Source: an uncultured Acidobacteriota bacterium
Lineage (GTDB): Bacteria; Acidobacteriota; Terriglobia; Acidiferrales; UBA7541
DNA length: 64,000 nucleotides
Reading direction: 5' to 3'
Assembly (NCBI GenBank): GCA_963804535.1
Contig: CAWDQT010000011.1
Span: 26,011-90,010 of the forward strand
The notes beneath the pieces were generated by a model that did no database searches, was not told the origin of the DNA, and saw only the letters and a list, made by a program, of their open reading frames with translations. Position numbers and translations under genes: made by a program. This document shows, piece by piece, positions 60,701 to 64,000 of this stretch (its first letter is position 1; each line of letters opens with the position of its first letter).

Positions 60701-60798
60701 TGCACAGCGGCGCGCTGTTGGCTGTTGAGGTCCTCGCCGAGTTTGGCCGCTGGCGAAGCTAAATCGAAGAGATTACCCACGCCGCCATCGTAGCCCAT
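57763..60798 (-). CDS. UvrD/PcrA-type helicase fused to a C-terminal PD-(D/E)XK (Cas4/AddB-like, Fe-S) nuclease
   Basis: 1011 aa with Walker A 'AGAGTGKT' and 'DEFQDTN'. C-terminus has 'IIDYKTGK' plus Cys set 'YQKCPQKY ... CKYCEYRFLC'. Confidence 0.85.
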   Translation of the reverse strand: MGYDGGVGNLFDLASPAAKLGEDLNSQQRAAVHHGGGPLLVVAGAGTGKTRVITERIRHLLETDPKLPGESILALTFTDRAAGEMKHRVIRTAGERGQGVFVGTFHAFCNALLLERNPKLQTLDDVDHWILLRRNLSVLALERYRRLAEPGQFLGDFVKFFSRCQDELVTPDDYERYVESLADKYAREKHTLLEDEQRLREEGIAEQREIARAYRASDRLLRERNLLTFGMQLLDAVHLLRSDSDFAAALRARYRYILVDEFQDTNIAQIELLWQLAADHRNVVAVGDNAQAIYRFRGASFGSFTIFLERFAGVPRNDTAGASRFVQPLVDNYRSTARILRTAGQVVSFIDHSPLVPKKELVPHKPDGEKVRIVEFGSAQEEARWIAAEIDRLHAAGLNWRKFAALYRIHGHRAELVSALEERGIPFVIRNLSILDHPLVRDLLAYLRLIVNPADNIACARVLAAPAWGLDPADLVRTCERAAKARRSLWDELQAPQGELSFSGRAPATNDLIAGLNELRLRSGAIDATDLFEALEKWLELPLSIRSADRPYIRRLAQFVREWQSKGETSRLPEFVEYLDYFMQAGGQINLEQDSRDAVQLMTVHAAKGLEFEHVFVLRLTHRGFPMAPRAPVLEFPEALMKEELPRGDFHIQEERRLFYVAITRARERLTLTTVVHKRSRPSVFLEDILSAPHVAKQNVEQAAPVAPAAKAARMPAVAEPLLFSDAEPRIYSLIARWAERYRPPVFEPLQLSASGIETYQKCPQKYLFSKVWGIGGGPAAATTFGSVMHNTIRQFIAALRKGLRLSFEEVVAIFRREWTSAGFEDRHQEELYLNDGIEQLRAFHTTALDTPAHVTAQEKRFTIKCENGIELIGRMDQINRVAPGEVEIIDYKTGKPKSETHAQKDLQLSVYALAAREVLDVKPVRLIYYNLQDNTCVFASREEKQLQELHGTIQEVAFDIRAREFPARPGFICKYCEYRFLCPAQESRSVQIESGKPAEQEAVRSSLKQN

Positions 60799-60994
60799 TT
60801 GCGCCCACCGCGCACGAAAGTCTGTCCTGCCAACGGGTCAGTTTTCCTCAAGCCGGCTGATTTGAAGTGAAAAAGATTAGCTAAATCTGCCTTAAACCGC
60901 TTTCGTTGCATCAGTTATTGGGTGATTTTGGTTATCCTCAGCTCCGACGAGGCGTTCTGCCGTTTATGGGAGGCTTACGAATGGTAAAGCGGAC

Positions 60995-62230
60995 GTGAAA
61001 ATTGGGATAAACCTCCTCGGGCTGCTGCCGGACGTCATCGGCGGCGGCGAGACCTACATCCGCGGCCTGCTGTACGGCCTGAATCGGCTTGATACCGACG
61101 ACGAATACGTCCTCTTTACCAACCGCGACAATCATCCGACATTCGCTGATGTCGGTCCGCGCTTCAGGCGCGTGCTGTACGATTTCTCCGCTCAATGGAA
61201 CGTGCCTGCTCTCGCGATGACCCGCGTAATCGGTGAGCAGTTCTATCTGCCGTGGCGGGCCGCCCTCGACCGGCTGGACGTGATCCATTCGACTCTCGAC
61301 ACGGTGCCGCTGTTCGCGCGCTGTCCGTCAGTAATGACCCTGCACGACGTCAACTTCGCCGCGATGCCCGAGGCCACCAACCCGGCTGAGAACCTCATCG
61401 CCCGCACTCTGGTAAAGACCTCGGCGCGACGCGCCCGCGCGATTCTGACGGTAAGCGAATTCAGCCGCCGCGACATAGCGACAACTCTCAACGTCGACCC
61501 CGCACGCATTTTCGCCGTGCACAATGGCGGGTTGAGGGACGTTCAGCGTTCGGTCCAACGGCCGCAGGTTGCAACCGGAGTCGATATCCAAAAGCCCTAC
61601 GTATTGGCCTTCAGTAGTGTCAATCCGCACAAAAATATCGGCAATTTGCTTCGAGCGTTCGCACGCGTACGACTGCCACCACAAGTGCAACTGGTGGTGA
61701 TAGGGAGAATGCCCCTGGGCGGAGAATCGCTTGCCGCGCTCGCGCGCACGCTTGGAATCGAGAAAAAAGTTTCATTCACCGGCTACCTGAAGGAAGAAGA
61801 GAAGTTGCAGGTGTTGCAGCATGCCCGAATGCTTGCGTTCCCATCTCTGTACGAGGGCTTTGGCCTGCCCGTGATCGAGGCGATGAGCTACGACGTCCCT
61901 GTGGCGTGCTCGAATGTCGCGGCATTGCCCGAAGTGGCTGGCGATGCGGCTCGGCTGTTCGACCCGCGGAACGTAAACGAAATCACCGCGGCCATCGAGG
62001 AAGTTTTCTCGGATGAAGCTCTGCGCGCGCGGCTGATCGCTGCCGGTCGCATCAACGCGCGGCGGTTTTGCTGGGAACGGACCGCGCGGCTGACCTCGCA
62101 GGTCTATCGCTACGCAGCAGGCGCCGAGTTCACGGAACACTTGCCTGCGGAACAATTGCCTGCCGAACCGTTGCCTGCGGGGCCGCCTTCCGAATGGGAG
62201 GAAGCAACTACCCCGGCAGCGGAAGGGTAG
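60995..62230 (+). CDS. glycosyltransferase family 4
   Basis: 411 aa with 'FPSLYEGFGLPVIEAM' (the E-x7-E region of GT4/GT-B enzymes). Confidence 0.82.
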   Translation: MKIGINLLGLLPDVIGGGETYIRGLLYGLNRLDTDDEYVLFTNRDNHPTFADVGPRFRRVLYDFSAQWNVPALAMTRVIGEQFYLPWRAALDRLDVIHSTLDTVPLFARCPSVMTLHDVNFAAMPEATNPAENLIARTLVKTSARRARAILTVSEFSRRDIATTLNVDPARIFAVHNGGLRDVQRSVQRPQVATGVDIQKPYVLAFSSVNPHKNIGNLLRAFARVRLPPQVQLVVIGRMPLGGESLAALARTLGIEKKVSFTGYLKEEEKLQVLQHARMLAFPSLYEGFGLPVIEAMSYDVPVACSNVAALPEVAGDAARLFDPRNVNEITAAIEEVFSDEALRARLIAAGRINARRFCWERTARLTSQVYRYAAGAEFTEHLPAEQLPAEPLPAGPPSEWEEATTPAAEG

Positions 62231-62244
62231 TAAGAAGCTAACTC

Positions 62245-63237
62245 GTGGGTAAACTCGGGCTGACAATGCGACGTTTCAATGGCGCCTTCGGCTGGCTCTC
62301 CCGGCTTTCTGCCAACACAGGCGCGCGCACCAAAACGTTGTTGGCATACCTCGCTGCGGGCGCGATCATTTGGTTTGTCAGCCGGGGGATTTCGCTCGCC
62401 GCAATGACGAACGCCATCAGCCATGCTCATCTGGCGCTGTTTCTATGCACTAGCGCAGGAGCACTAGCCGTCTGGCTGCTTGGGGAGACGCTGCTTTTTT
62501 CCCGCCTCTTCACCTACTTCCATCGGCGCACCGGCTTTCGTGAGGTCTTGATTCCCAACGCTACGCAGTATTTTCTGCAGATCGTCAATCTGGCCGTGGC
62601 CCACAGCGCGATGATCCTCTTGCTCAGCCGGCGCAAAGGCGTGCCGTTGCTTACCGCCGGCTGCACCATGCTGTTTCAGGGCTTCGTCGATTTCCAGGTG
62701 TTGGTGTTGATGGCGCTGGCCGGGCTGGCTCTCACGCCTTCATTTCCCGTGCGAGGGACAGCCTGGTATTTGATCGCCGTCCTTGCCGCGCTGTGCCTGG
62801 CAAGCTGGTTCTGGATGCGGGGCCGTCCCGCCTCGAGCTTGGCGCGTTATGTCTACGATTTGCCCGCCATGAGCGCTTTTCGCCGCGCGCAGCCGTGGCA
62901 TTACGTACGGCTGGTGGCGTTGCGCGCGCCGATCTTCGCGCTGCAAGGCCTGGTCCTGTATTTGCAGATGCTCGCTTTCCACATTCACGTTCCGATCGGT
63001 CTCGTAGTTGCGCTCACGCCGCTGATCATGCTCGTCACCAGCATTCCACTCACGCCCGTCGGGCTTGGTTCCGAGCAGGCCGCAATTCTCCTGTGCTTCC
63101 ACTCCTTTGGAACCCGCGCCGACTTGCTGGCCTTGTCCCTTGCCGTGAGTCTGACGAATTTGATATTCCGCATGGCGCTCGGCGTTGGTCTGGTCAAACC
63201 GCTGATCAACTCCATGCACGAAGCAACCGCTGGCTGA
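62245..63237 (+). CDS. flippase-like / lysylphosphatidylglycerol-synthase TM-domain membrane protein
   Basis: 330-aa polytopic membrane ORF directly after the GT4 gene. The family call is from overall look only. Confidence 0.5.
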   Translation: MGKLGLTMRRFNGAFGWLSRLSANTGARTKTLLAYLAAGAIIWFVSRGISLAAMTNAISHAHLALFLCTSAGALAVWLLGETLLFSRLFTYFHRRTGFREVLIPNATQYFLQIVNLAVAHSAMILLLSRRKGVPLLTAGCTMLFQGFVDFQVLVLMALAGLALTPSFPVRGTAWYLIAVLAALCLASWFWMRGRPASSLARYVYDLPAMSAFRRAQPWHYVRLVALRAPIFALQGLVLYLQMLAFHIHVPIGLVVALTPLIMLVTSIPLTPVGLGSEQAAILLCFHSFGTRADLLALSLAVSLTNLIFRMALGVGLVKPLINSMHEATAG

Positions 63238-63312
63238 GATCCTGCGTTGCGCCGCGTTATACTGATCGCTGAGCCCACGCAATTCGATGCGATTGCCCCT
63301 AGGAGTTGATTT

Positions 63313-64000
63313 ATGCAGCAGCAAAATCTCCGCCAGCCTGTGATCTTGAGCGCCGTGCGCACTCCAGTAGGGAAATTTCAGGGCGCGCTCTCTCGTTTTC
63401 CGCCACTGAACTTGGCGCTCGCGTGGTCGCCGAAGGTCACGCACCGGGCGCCGCAATCGAGTCCGACACGGTAGACGAAGTCATTATGGGCAACGTCGTT
63501 CAGGCGGGACTCGGCCAGAATCCGGCACGCCAGGCGGCAATTCGTGGAGGCGTAACTCCGCGGGCCGCGGCCATGACGATTAATAAAGTCTGCGGATCGG
63601 GGCTCAAGTCCGTTGCGCTTGCCGCTCAGAGCGTGATGCTCGGCGAAAGCGACATCATCGTCGCGGGCGGAATGGAATCGATGTCCAACTGCCCTTATTT
63701 GCTGCCGGGCGCACGCACTGGCTACCGGATTGGCGACGGCAAAATCATAGATTCCATGGTTCACGACGGGCTTTGGGATGTTTACGAAGATTTTCACATG
63801 GGCATGACCGCGGAGCTCGTGGCCGAGAAATACAAAATCTCGCGCGAAGAGCAGGATAGATTTGCCCTCGAAAGCCATCGGCGAGCCCTGCAGGCGATGA
63901 ACTCCTGCTTCATCGAATCGCAAATCTTGCCCATCGACATCCCGCAGAAAAAAGGGCGAGCCCATCGTATTGAAGCGCGATGAATCGCCGCGTGCCGACG
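63313..64000 (+). CDS. acetyl-CoA C-acetyltransferase (thiolase), 3'-partial and frameshifted as sequenced
   Basis: RBS 'aggag' and 'VILSAVRTPVGKFQGALS'. 'INKVCGSGLKSV' (active-site Cys) lies in ORF 63306..63983. Indels lie at T-run 63396-63399 and G-run about 63955. The gene runs off the window. Confidence 0.85.

Overview
This is a high-GC bacterial chromosomal segment, most likely Acidobacteriota/Terriglobia. The taxonomic guess rests on three acidobacterial-type secreted VWFA proteins, a Gly-rich TonB and the overall gene content.

Layout:
- 0.1-11.3 kb: housekeeping genes lipA, lpxC, glmU, purQ-purL-purF, lepB, purM and a GNAT.
- 11.4-13.9 kb: a lower-GC islet with a TcmP-like / three-Cys (DUF5131, Gp37/Gp68-like) gene pair. 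It is followed by a gene-less stretch carrying a near-consensus promoter, short repeats and a G12 run.
- 13.9-39.9 kb: an accessory block encoding almost only exported proteins.
- 40-49.6 kb: FAD oxidoreductase, GH63-like glucosidase, SDR, glycogen-debranching enzyme and TonB.
- 49.9-64 kb: ileS-lspA-rluD, three VWFA proteins, a UvrD-type helicase fused to a Cas4-like nuclease, a GT4 glycosyltransferase, a flippase-like membrane protein and a thiolase.

Main result, in the accessory block:
- It contains 4 copies of a small secreted protein whose predicted mature N-terminus is His-His (DUF6152-like).
- It contains 9 paralogues plus one mini version of an uncharacterised secreted lipocalin-like family.
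- It also holds beta-propellers (2 NHL/PAL-like, SMP-30-like, TolB-like), two Tat-exported hydrolases, and an extracytoplasmic flavinylation module: an FMN_bind protein with an SGAT motif, ApbE and an RnfD/NqrB-like protein.
- Two paralogous 4-TM membrane proteins complete the block.
- I read this as a candidate undescribed periplasmic, possibly metal- and flavin-dependent, system.

Caveat: about 19 single-base indels, mostly +1 insertions, break ORFs, including essential genes. Frames must be repaired before any pseudogene claim is made.

No rRNA, tRNA, CRISPR array, transposase or integrase was recognised.
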